Shown one piece after another: positions 40,201-52,200 of a DNA stretch of 64,000 nucleotides. Numbering within the stretch: the stretch's first letter is position 1; the number at the start of each line of letters is the position of its first letter. Position numbers and translations under genes: made by a program. Source of the stretch: Phoronis australis (lineage: Eukaryota; Animalia; Phoronida); assembly GCA_002633005.1 (NCBI GenBank), contig NMRA01000238.1, positions 496,001 to 560,000 of the forward strand, in the 5' to 3' direction. The notes below the pieces were generated by a model that did not search any database, was not told the DNA's origin, and saw only the letters and a program-made list of their open reading frames with translations.

Positions 40201-43200
40201 CTTTTGTAAGTGTCTTGGTTGCCTGTAGTGACATTTTCCTCTGTGCTTTTAAATTTTATTTAATACAGTAACTGTCCTGTGTTGCAGTACTTTTGAATAG
40301 TCACATGATTATGTTAAACTGAGTTGGTGTGTGAGTGTGAGTATAGTGTTTGGTGATACAAAATCTTTGTCTATACCTTAGTACAGAATCCTGTAATTTT
40401 TGTTAAAAAAAGTAATGCTATTTCGTTCCATTTTACTTTAAAATTTGCTTTTAGTTTTAGTGTGCTTTTTCTTGACAGCGAAATTTTGTGATTGGCGGAA
40501 GAAAATTATGATCAGAACATACCGTAGGATTATTTAAATCATTGCTTTATTTTTACCTTCTTCTTAGTTTAATTTTTCAGATGTTTTATTTGAACCTTTA
40601 ATATTTATTTATTTAACTCCTTAAGTACTGCGAAATCACATTCTGTTGAATCATTTCTAGCTTGTCTACATAGCTTAAGATCACCCTGTACATCTACAGG
40701 AGAGATCATTCCACTCACCTGCTTTATCCTGTGGTTGTTGCTTTCAGATCACCCAATACATCCACCTACTCTCGCTGGCGACCCATTCTCCTGTGAACTC
40801 TTGGATGACCTTGGCTGTAAGTTCAAGTCGAAGAACGGCATCATTAATGTGTATCGGGACGAAGACTCCTTTCAACAGGACCGAGCGATAGAATGGCCGT
40901 ACATAGACCGAAGCATGTACATTGCAGACCAGAATCTCATGATAGCTCTCATTAGTGATGGCCCACTGTAAGTTACAAAATGTCTAGAATGGTATTACGG
41001 CAAAAATTCTCCAATTTGGGACAGTGAAAAATTGATTACCGTATTCGCCGTAATAACCGCCCATGCCTCTATAAGCGCCCCCCCCACGCGTTTTCAGACT
41101 TTGCTGAAATAAGCGCCTAGTCCATGAACGTGTACATGCGAACAATGATGTACCTACAGTCCTAACACTCGGCTACAGTAACGTCTTCTATTTATCAAAA
41201 AAATTTTGCATGGGTCTTCTAGACCACCAGCGGCACTGCTACGTTTGTATTTAGCCGTGACAAAGTAACGCAGCGCTTCAAAAAGAACGCAACAGTGTTG
41301 CTACGCTCTCGCGACGACCGAGTCCCATGGTCTGACCTTTCAGTAGACACATCGACTGTCTCATGAATAAAAATAACTCGGTGTTAAACGCAAGTGGCCA
41401 GGAAGCGCGCGCTACATAACCTGTCATCAAAGACATTAGTTGGGAACTATCCATTCATGAAGCGGGTAGCATAGCATCGATAAGAAATGAATATTGGAAC
41501 TATAATTTCCGACAATTTCTAATACTATAAACATGTTTGCGTTATTTTTGAGATGGACTGTTTGATTAACCATAATTGGTGTTATTAAGCCGAATATCCG
41601 ATAAAATGACAACTGACAGTGAATGCTTACACACCCTTACATCGAAAAATAACTGTCAGATAGTTACGTACGCATCCAGCTACATGGCGACTAATATGGG
41701 CCTTGCCGAGACAAATGTCGAAAGTTTTTAGCACGAGACCGGCAAGTGCTGAATGAAACATGCTCTGGTTTAGGCTTACTGCTTGTGCAAATTTCTTTAG
41801 TCACATCTAGCTAGTTAGATTGCGTGGCTCTGGCCGAAAGACGGTCTCTGCTTTGGCAAATGAACTCTGGTGACACGCACGTGCTCGCTTACTCACAAAC
41901 GCAGACAACTTCAAAACAAATGTCACGTGACAACAACATGTGTGTTCGTACAGACATTTTTCTCGCTATGTTGCCGATCATACATGTAGATGGCACGATG
42001 TTGCACAGACTTGTACTTAAACCTGCCGTTAATCCAGACTCCACGGGAACTTAAAAACCTTAGAGACGCTACTTATAAAACTTAATGAGGATTTCAGGTA
42101 CTTTATCGAAACCATTTTTATTCAAGCATTGAAGTCGCCATATCGAAAACAGCGATTTCGAAGCAGTCAGTTGGCGAGTTTTCGCCCTAGGATTTCAGCA
42201 CAATTTTCTGTAAAATGATCGTAATTTAGCAGCAAAGTTTGATAACAATGCATCACAGTTTTGTTGAAAGTCTTTCATGGATAACATATACGTCACAGAG
42301 CGTAAATTTGATGAATCTTAGCTTCCGATTTCACCAGTTTCGGAGACCGGGTTTCAACCGCCTTGGGTTATAATAAGCGCCCCTCTGAACCGAACTTTTC
42401 TAAGCGCCCTGGGCGGTTATTACGCCGAATACGGTAGTTTTCTCAAGTTTGGAGCTTGTCTCTAATTCTAGAAAGAAAAAATATTGGTTGTCCCAAATTC
42501 AAGAATCACCAGAAAGATGGCAAAATTATCCAATCTGTAGACTAAAAACACATTCTCTAAAATTTGAGAAATATGGTGACCGCTAAAATCGACCTTGTCT
42601 CAAATTTCACAATCAAGAAAATTCAATTTTTGCAGGAGTTTCTGTGTCCCAAATTTTAGAGACTGTCCGAAATTGGAGAATTTTTACTGTAGTTGAGAAA
42701 AATTCACTTAAAGCTGTTGTATAAACTTGTCAAAAAGTAAATTTGATTTTGACCAAATACAGTTAAATAGTTGATCTGATGTTATTCCTCAATCTGATTT
42801 AGATTGACATTGGGCTTGGGAGAAATTATATTTCATTAGTGCTAGAGACGTGGCTCAATTCTGAGTTGGCTTAACCTAGTTCATACTCCAAGTATAGCCT
42901 CACGCAGTAACAAACCCAGTGGCTCATTTCATACTCCAAGTATAGCCTCACGCAATAAACCCAGTGGCTCATTTCATACTCCAAGTATAGCCTCACGCAA
43001 TAAACCCAGTGGCTCATTTCATACTCCAAGTATAGCCTCACGCTATAACAAACTTTCAGTCTTTCCCAAGCTCAGAAACCATTTTTATTCGAAAAATGTG
43101 AAAGGTGAAACTGGTTTTACTGTCTTAAGTGGTCTAAATCCTATTGAGTCTTTGACTGAAGATGAGGTTTATAAGGACTTCATTGTTGAAAGTTTATTTT

Positions 43201-46200
43201 AATCCGTTCTCGCAGTTTAATTATTGTATAAGATGATGGTAATGATACCAACAGTAAATGCAAGTATTGGCTTGGCTTGCTTGATACCAACGATTGGAAA
43301 CTTTCTGTTGAACAAAGTGTTAGTGCGCAGCTATTAAGACACTGGTTAGGTTCTAACTCTGATGTATTACTTGACAATTCATGGGCTAATAATAGTACTT
43401 ATGACATGAGTGGGTGAGAGCCTTTCAACATTCCCTGCACAGGGGAGGTGAGTTTCTCAGTGATACAGCGGAATTGTGTCCAGGCTCTACATGGACACAA
43501 CTTCATGGCTCTAGAAGCCAAAAAATTGAACCCATGGCTTCTCAGTTGAAAGTCTACCCCACTTAGCATAGAGCCACATTTAGCTTTGCTCTGTCAGTCT
43601 CCCGTGTGAAAAAGCCTATAAAAGGTTCTCGTGTTTACATTTCAGCAAGTCCTTTTCATACCGTCGCCTCCAGTACTTATCTAGTCGATATGAGCTACAC
43701 TGTCTGCTGAATGATATTCGAGAATCAGCAGCACAAAGGGCTGTGTCACATCGCGACTTTTATAACATCAGAAAGGTACAAGTCTTGCATGTTTGAAGGA
43801 CATTTTAATAGCACTGTATTCCCATGTTCTCAAATTGGTTGGAATGAATATAAATTCTCCTTCTGTCATGAAAACTAATTTGCACTTTTATTTAGACTTC
43901 CTAATGTTGTGACCGTGGCCTCAAATTGTTCAAACTGGAAGTGATTATAAGCTTGGAGGAAATGCTGCTTGTTTTTCTTGAGACTGGGCTCTATATGTTG
44001 GCTTGTCATGGTGGGTCATTTTATAAGTTGAATATTGTCTCAAGTGATAATGAATTGTAATCTTTCCTAGTCTAGAAACCACTTGTCATCAGAGTTCAGA
44101 TCAAAGTGAGATCAGTTTCACAACAGGAAGTGGGTATAAGCAAGATTTAGTCTCTTTGGCAGGATGCGTCTTGTAGACGTTTAAATCAAGATCGCTAACT
44201 TCATTTTAAAATAATTGAAGTATGCTGGTACAAATCTGGCCTCCGATGCTATCAATGTTTTCTGTTTTTATAGACAGTGTAATTGTGTGTGTAAAATTGA
44301 AATTTTTAATGGTTGATCTGTTCAAAAAGGTTTCTGTTTTAGAACACACAGCTTTTTATGTATAATTTTTATTGATATCAGTGAATTTTAAGCCAAATTA
44401 TTTAGGTGTTGTTTTTTAAATATTCCATTGATTCTTTAAACCTGTTTAACACATGTCACTATAATAAACGAATCATTCTTTTATTCCTATAAGAAAGTGA
44501 TTGAGTTTGAATTTACCTCTCTGAACTAATGACTTGAAATGCATTGCTCAGTCTAGTATATGGGACAAGGTGTGGATTCTGTGCTATGTTTACTACGAGT
44601 CTTATAATGTTTTGCTCATTATATTATCTCTCAGTCATGGACATCCATTCACAGTGGGGCATGCATATTCAATGTGCTGTTTAGACTTCACTCAATATTT
44701 AATACAATCTTGCTCTTATATATTTTATTTTCTTTGTGCTAACTCATTGCTATCAAATATCACCAATATTGGAAAAACATACTGCTGAAATTGCCTTTTA
44801 TTTTCAAAGCTGTTTAATGTTGTGAATGCCCATCAATTTTAAAATATTGTTGGATGGTTTCATTGTAATATAACTTGAATATGATAAACTTTGATTTCAC
44901 GCTACTTTTGTTCTATGAAAAAAATATGTATTTCACTAAATCCTTCTAGTTGTATTCTAAAATGATGTGATTATCTAGGTAGAGGTGAGCATCAGTGAAC
45001 TAAGATGCAACTGTTTGTTTCACCAATAGGTGGACACTCACTAAGATGCAACTGTTTGTTTCACCAATAGGTGGACACTCACTAAGATGCAACTGTTTGT
45101 TTCATCCATAGGTGGACACTCACGTTCACGCTGCGTCTGGCATGAATCACAAACATCTGCTGCGATTCATCAAGAAACAGATGAAGGTGGCGGAGAACGA
45201 GGTCGTCTGTGTGGACAAACAGACTGGAAAGGAGATGACAATGATGGAGGTCAGGGGTCATTGCTTGGCATTGTGGTCGTACGAAGTCCTTTTCCTGCCC
45301 ATTATGCTTTTTCCTTATACCCGCTTATGTTTTTAAGAACCCTTTGAAGGCTTATTGGGATAGTGCAACTGCTTAAAATTTTTCCAAAATGTTATTTTGT
45401 GACAGCTGCACTTTACAAAATAATGGTGCTAACAATGAAATGAAATTTTCTTGGTGATTGTTATCTTGAAGTAGAGTTTATCACTTCTCTACCACATTCT
45501 GTCCTAATTTCTACAATAATTTCCTCTCACAAGAGTTATTGTGTTAAAGGGACACTAAGCCCTGTTCTGGTGATTTCAACCTATTCTCATTATGTCCCCT
45601 GCTAATGCATCATTGGTGTCTCACTTGAGTGATAAAAGCAGGAATTGGATATTAAAGAACAATAACCCAGTGTGTCATAGAATGGGACACTATGGTTCTT
45701 GGTGTCATGTAACTCACCTTAAGTGTAGGTCATGCTTGCCTGCTTGACAGACTTCGTAAGAAGTTTCCAATTTTGCACCAAACTTAATTTTTGTTGAGGG
45801 TTACTGAGCATAATTTGCTTGAGAGAGCTGGATGTGAAAGCTGTTGTTAATATCTGTCAATATGTCCAAATCAGGTTTAGTATCCTTTAAGTAATTTGGA
45901 CAAGTCATTTTCTCATCTGTTGTCTTGGTAATTGCAGGTGTTTGAGTCACTGGGTTTGAGTGCTTACGATCTCAGTGTTGACATGTTGGATGTTCACGCG
46001 GTAAGTGCTAATAGTGGTTCAGTGTTGTCCGAATAGTACTTGTTCACATAGTAATGGCATTCCTTTGTCTGTGTTCATTGTCGCTAGTGGAAATGCACCA
46101 GATATATGGGAACATGCTGCTTGTTACATAATTTTAAGTAAACAAACTTTACGGACTCCAAGTTAATAACAGAAACTTGAACCTGCTGCTTATTTTTTCA

Positions 46201-49200
46201 TTAAATTTTGTTCCAAAAATAACTTGTCTTTTTATCAATTCAATCTTGTGTCATCCTCAACTAAATTTCTGTCTCTTGATGTTAATTTTGATTGCTATCT
46301 AATATATGAATTTTAACAGACTTTGTGGAAAACCATCTTTCTATGTATAGTAGAATCTCACCAATTTAAGACTTTTACGGACAAGTGAAATTTCAGTTTC
46401 TCATAACGGACAATTTGGTATGTTAAGTCTGCAGTTCGTGAGATTTCACCCCATCTAATTTGGTTTCATAGGGGTGAGCTTATGATATACTGTTTAAGTC
46501 CCACGTAGTGCTTATTACAGTACAAGACAAAAGTAATGAAACAAATTAGTAATTCCTTCCTTATCATGATGGCTAATTCTGTTATAACCGCAATACAGAC
46601 TGATAATGAATATTAAGGTGGCAAGGTATATTCCAATTACAGAATGTCTTACCCACTTTACTAACTTTCCTGTTGATTCCCTTACATTCTGGTCATGAGG
46701 GGAGACTACACTGACAATTAATTTGGCTTCTGCCGAGCCATCATGACGAAGAATTCCAGGTCATTTTGTTTGAATACTTTTGACTTGTAATGTTGGTCAA
46801 GCCAAAATCGCAAACTTCAAATTCTAGTAAGGCAAGTTAGTTATTTTTTGTCCAACTGAAGCAGTCAGTGAACACCATGCAGTCCATGGTTTCATCATTT
46901 TGTAATTATGTACGCTAAATCACCACGTTAAAGAACCAAAACAAAAGGTTCCAACCAAAATATGATTTGAAACAAATGAACATGTCATGCTTATTTGTTT
47001 ATTGATTCAGCTTACCTATTGTTTAGGACCGTAACACGTTCCATCGATTTGACAAGTTCAATTCAAAGTACAACCCCATTGGTGAGAGCATTCTCCGAGA
47101 GATCTTTATCAAGACTGATAATTATGTCAACGGCAAGTTCTTTGCCCATGTGCTTAAAGTGAGTAGTTTACTTTCATGTTTTGTATTCTCATTTGTTACA
47201 GTCACAAAACAAGTTGGTGATGTGGTTCCCGGGAAATTACTTTTATGTCGTTTCTTCTTTTTTCCTTAATTTTGTGTAAAAATATCTTTACTGTGTTCAT
47301 TATTATTTTGAATACTTAATCCCACTTACAATAAACCTCCTTTGGCTGTGAAAAACTATCTTTTGATTTGGACAACTTTCGGTTGTTAAATTGGTCTCAA
47401 ATTGTCCGTTACTCAGATGAGAAATAATTTCCTGGCTATAGAATAACTAATAGTTCAGTTATGTAGTGCCTGAGACCAGCATTCCAAATACATGTTGACC
47501 CTGTGTCCTGGACCAGTGGATTTGCGTCTGGGCCAATAACTTTTAGTGAACTTGACACTTGGGCCAGTAAATTTTCAGACTAACTGGCCCAGCAGTCCGG
47601 CACATTTTTTTGTTGTAGTTCTAACACTGCTTGAGGCCATGCTTGTAACATAAAATAGCACACGATGACAAGTCAACTGATTCAGCCTGATCTCAAGCAG
47701 TAACATAACACACCTCAGCAAGTCAATTAATTCAGTCTGATCTCAAGCAGTAACATAACACACCTCAGCAAGTCAACTGATTCAGCCTGATCTCAAGCAG
47801 TAACATAACACACCTCAGCAAGTCAACTGATTCAGCCTGATCTCAAGCAGTAACATAACACACCACAGCAAGTCAACTGATTCAGCCTGATCTCAAGCAG
47901 TAACATAACACACCACAGCAAGTCAACTGATTCAGCCTGATCTCAAGCAGTAACATAACACACCTCAGCAAGTCAACTGATTCAGCCTGATCTCAAGCAG
48001 TAACATAACACACCACGACATGTCAATTAATTCAGCCTGATCTCAAGCAGTAACACTCTCATTTCTTTCCAAGTTCATATTCAGCCAAGAAACCATTTCC
48101 AGTAAAAGTAAACAACAATCCGAGACCAGTTTTATCTTTTGCATGATAAGGGGCCTTAATAAAAAATTCATTTTTGAGAGAAGGCAAAAGGTGGATTTTC
48201 AGTTGTCAGTATATTTGTGCTTTGTCTTTAAATTGTGTCGTGCTATTGCATGCCATCCAAAAGATTGTTTGTCTTTAAAACTGCATATCAGTCATTAATT
48301 TGAAACTGGGCTAGGTGTGACTATAAGTTGCAAATTTGAGCTGTTTATTGGACATTCTGTTAAGGGGTGCGTTTGAATGATATATTTCTAGTTTTTATAC
48401 ACATTTACATTTTATCCATAGATTTGTTTCTGATATGAGAAACTAGTGAAACTGCTAGCACACAGGTAGACGTCCTCACATGTTAAGTATTCACTGTACA
48501 GTAGTTGTCACTGTTATTGGCTACCACCTTTATTGTGTGCTATGCAAAAAATGCTGTTCCTGGATGAAAAGCTGAACTTCAGTAGTAGCAAAAATCAGAT
48601 TATTTGTCTGACAAGGTGTGACCTCTCAAAATGTTGACTTATAGGAACAATGAATGTGTGTGTGGATAAATAGCTAAAATTAGGTTATAAATAGTTAACT
48701 TGCGTGGTGAAAAGCAAAAATTGGCTTATTTGGCTGACTTGTCTATGGACAAAGTTTGAAATTTCATAGTTTGTTTGGATTTGAGTTTATTTCATTTGTA
48801 GGAAGTGATGAGTGATCTTGAGGAGAGTAAGTACCAGAATGCCGAGTACCGTCTGTCCATATATGGCCGTAAGCGTGATGAATGGTACAAGTTATCTAAG
48901 TGGGCCATAAACCATCACGTCTATAGTGACAATGTCCGCTGGCTGATACAGGTGCCCAGATTATAGTAAGTGGACAGTTTATTAGTTGTGTGGTGCCCAT
49001 TATACAGTTTTTTGTCTAGCCCATGACTGTTTTTTATGAAAAAATAGACTAGACCTGCTCATTTGTGGATGCCTAGTTGCAGTGTTCACTTGTGGCAGGT
49101 TTCGTCTGTTTGATGCGAATGTTGAAAATGCTTATTTCTTAAACGTTTTGATTTGATTAAGTTTTAAAAGGTGAGGTATCAACACTTATTTGTCTATGGT

Positions 49201-52200
49201 GGCTCCTCTTATGGTCCAGTTGTCTTCTTGTACATTACATGTAACTGATAAGCACCCCAAATACTTACCATTTGCAGTGCATTGTGGGCATATGTCAACA
49301 TTTTACATTGCTCCTGTTTAGTTTTGGCTGTAAAAGTCACAGAATATTAACCCTGAATTTCAGGAACACATCATTTTGCTCCCGAAATTGAGGAATTCTT
49401 TCCACGACACTATAATCAACTATCTTTGACTGTATGTTTTACATGTTGACTCCATGACATAAACCTTGACCATTATCTCCGCTTTCTTCCAGTGATATCT
49501 ACAAAGCCAAGAATGTGATGAACAACTTCCAGGAACTGTTAGACAATCTCTTTGTTCCGTTGTTTGAGGCCACCAATGACCCCAAAGGTCATCCGGAGAT
49601 TCACAAATTTCTTCAACACGTATGTAGCCATTGTTATTGTAACAACATTTAATATCATTCCCGCTCGTCATGCAAAACCTGGTAAAGGACATTTTCCTGA
49701 TCACCTGGAAACTGAAAATGGGCAACCACTGATGTAAAATTTCACACAGGTGCCCGAGTTGAGCTATTGAGCTGGGAATAAGACCACTTCTGGCTACAAA
49801 CCCTCCCTCAAACTTTCTGTTAATAGGTGAGGAAAGTGATTATGTCACTCCTTGAGCAACTGCTCCAAATTTGAGACAACCAATATAGCGGTGGCCTATT
49901 CATGGGTTTGCGTTAACATTTGTTGAAATAACTTTTCAAAATCTGAAGCCACAACATCTATGAACCATACAGACTAGCGTATTAACCACGTGTTTTCTAA
50001 AACAGAGTTTAACTGGTGAGTTTCCAGTTACGATTTTCAACCTAAAGAACTGACAAAGGTTAGATCGAGGATGGCAGAATCTTCTAGACCTTTCCAGAAA
50101 TATAACATCACTTTTTCCGTCTCTGTTCCTTCATGTAAGTCCATCTTCTTGGATGTATGTCCACCCCTCTTGCCCTTCACTACCACCTAATTGACATCTT
50201 CTCTCATTGGCTAACACATAAGCTTCCTTGTCTTCTCTCATTAGCTAACACATAAGCTTCCTTGTCTTCTCTCATTGGTTAACACATAAACTTCCTTGTC
50301 TTCTCTTATTGGCTAACACATAAGCTTCATTCATTGTCTTCTCTCATTGGCTAACACATAAACTTCCTTGTCTTCTCTCATTGGCTAACACATAAACTTC
50401 CTTGTCTTCTCTCATTGGCTAACACATAAGCTTCCTTGGAAGCCACCCATTAAGCTTTATCACACAAGCGCAGCCTGATTCATGTAGTACGTCATTATGA
50501 GTTGTGTAGAAGCATTATGTATGTCTGAAACTTGTCGACTCATCTATAACCCCAACCCCATTTATCAGAGCTTGCCAGATATAAGCCTGTAGGCTTTCAG
50601 ACTACATATTAATATCATGTAATATTAATAATAATAATAATAGTAATGGTAATGGTAATGGTAATGATAATGTAATATGTTCACAGTACTTTACCGAGTG
50701 GGTATTTTTTAATGGAGTCGGGTATGATTGCATAATGTGAAGGGATGCAGTACTTAATGCAGTTAAAGATCATTTACCCATGCATCTACTTGTTCTAATC
50801 CTTTGTCTTTTCCTTTATTCCAGGTGACGGGTTTTGACTCGGTAGACGATGAATCAAAACCCAGTGGTATACTGACTAAGGACATGCCTTGCCCAGCCGA
50901 TTGGAAGAGCGCTGAGAACCCACCATATGCCTATTATTCCTTCTACATGTACGCCAACATAGTGGTGCTTAATCATTTTCGTAGGTGAGCATGGTTGCAG
51001 AATGTCTAATGTTATCAACTTAAATATTGAGTGCCAATGTTAAGCAAATGAGACACATCTGATGATGTTTCTGATCATGCTATGCAGGGCCCCCACACAC
51101 GTGGACCTGATCATGCTACACAGGACCCCTACAAATATGGACCTGATGATGCTATGCAGGCCCCCCACACATATGGAGCTGATCATGCTATGCAGGGCCC
51201 CCACACACATGGACCTGATGATGCTATGCCATCCCCCTACACATATGGACCTGATCATGCTATGCAGGCCCCCCACACATATGGACCTGTTCATGCTACA
51301 CAGGGCCCCCACACACATGGACCTGATCATGCTATGCAGGCCCCCCACACATATGGACCTGATCATGTTACANCTATGCAGGCCCCCGACACATATGGAC
51401 CTGATCATGCTACACAGGGCCCCCACACACATGGACCTGATCATGCTATGCAGGACCCCCACACACATGGACCTGATCATGCTAGGCAGGGCCCCCACTC
51501 ACGTATATCTGACCATGGTACACAGTGCCCCTACGCACATGGACCTTATGATTTTGTGTTCCTATTGGAGACTGCAGACGTTTCCTTGGCAGCTCATAGG
51601 TGATCTATCGATCTATTTCCAGGGAACGTGGCCTTAACTCATTCGTATTCCGTCCTCACTGTGGGGAGGCAGGGCCTGTCCATCATCTAGTTTCTGGATT
51701 TTTATTGGCTGAGAATATCAGTCACGGTTTGGAACTCAGAAAGGTTAGTATCTTGGTTGTATGTCTGTGTAAGTCATAAACAATTTGAATACGTCACTGT
51801 CTTGAATATTGTTGAGGTTTCGTTTTAATTTCCTCACCATGTTCACATTGACTCGTTAAGTCTTTTATCTATACATGTTACTGTAAAAATTCCCTTGTTT
51901 GGGATGGGATGAATTAGTTCTTTTGCTCAAGCTCGTAGCTTGTGCCAAATTTTATATAGAGGCAGTACTGACTGTGCTAAATTTAAGAATTAAGATCAGT
52001 TTGGTAAAGTATCATTCACTTTGATGTTACACATTATCTAAACGCTGAAAATGTATTGGTGGCTGTTTTTTGACATTTGAAGAACTGAAAATCTATCATC
52101 AGATTTTTTTGATACAGATATGGTGAGCTTCAAAATTGCTTTTGTTCCAATCTTCAGAGTCAAGAAATTTCAGTTTCAGTTGGAATTTTGGTGTCTCATT

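Noticed and set aside
47669-48055. Regular repeat arrays (also 50197-50438, 42880-43050) as CRISPR
   Set aside because: The units are contiguous with no unique spacers, there are no cas genes, and the context is a eukaryotic intron.
51040-51637. Three long ORFs (152-191 aa) as repetitive proteins
   Set aside because: They are by-products of a stop-free 36-bp minisatellite inside an AMPD intron bounded by canonical splice sites.
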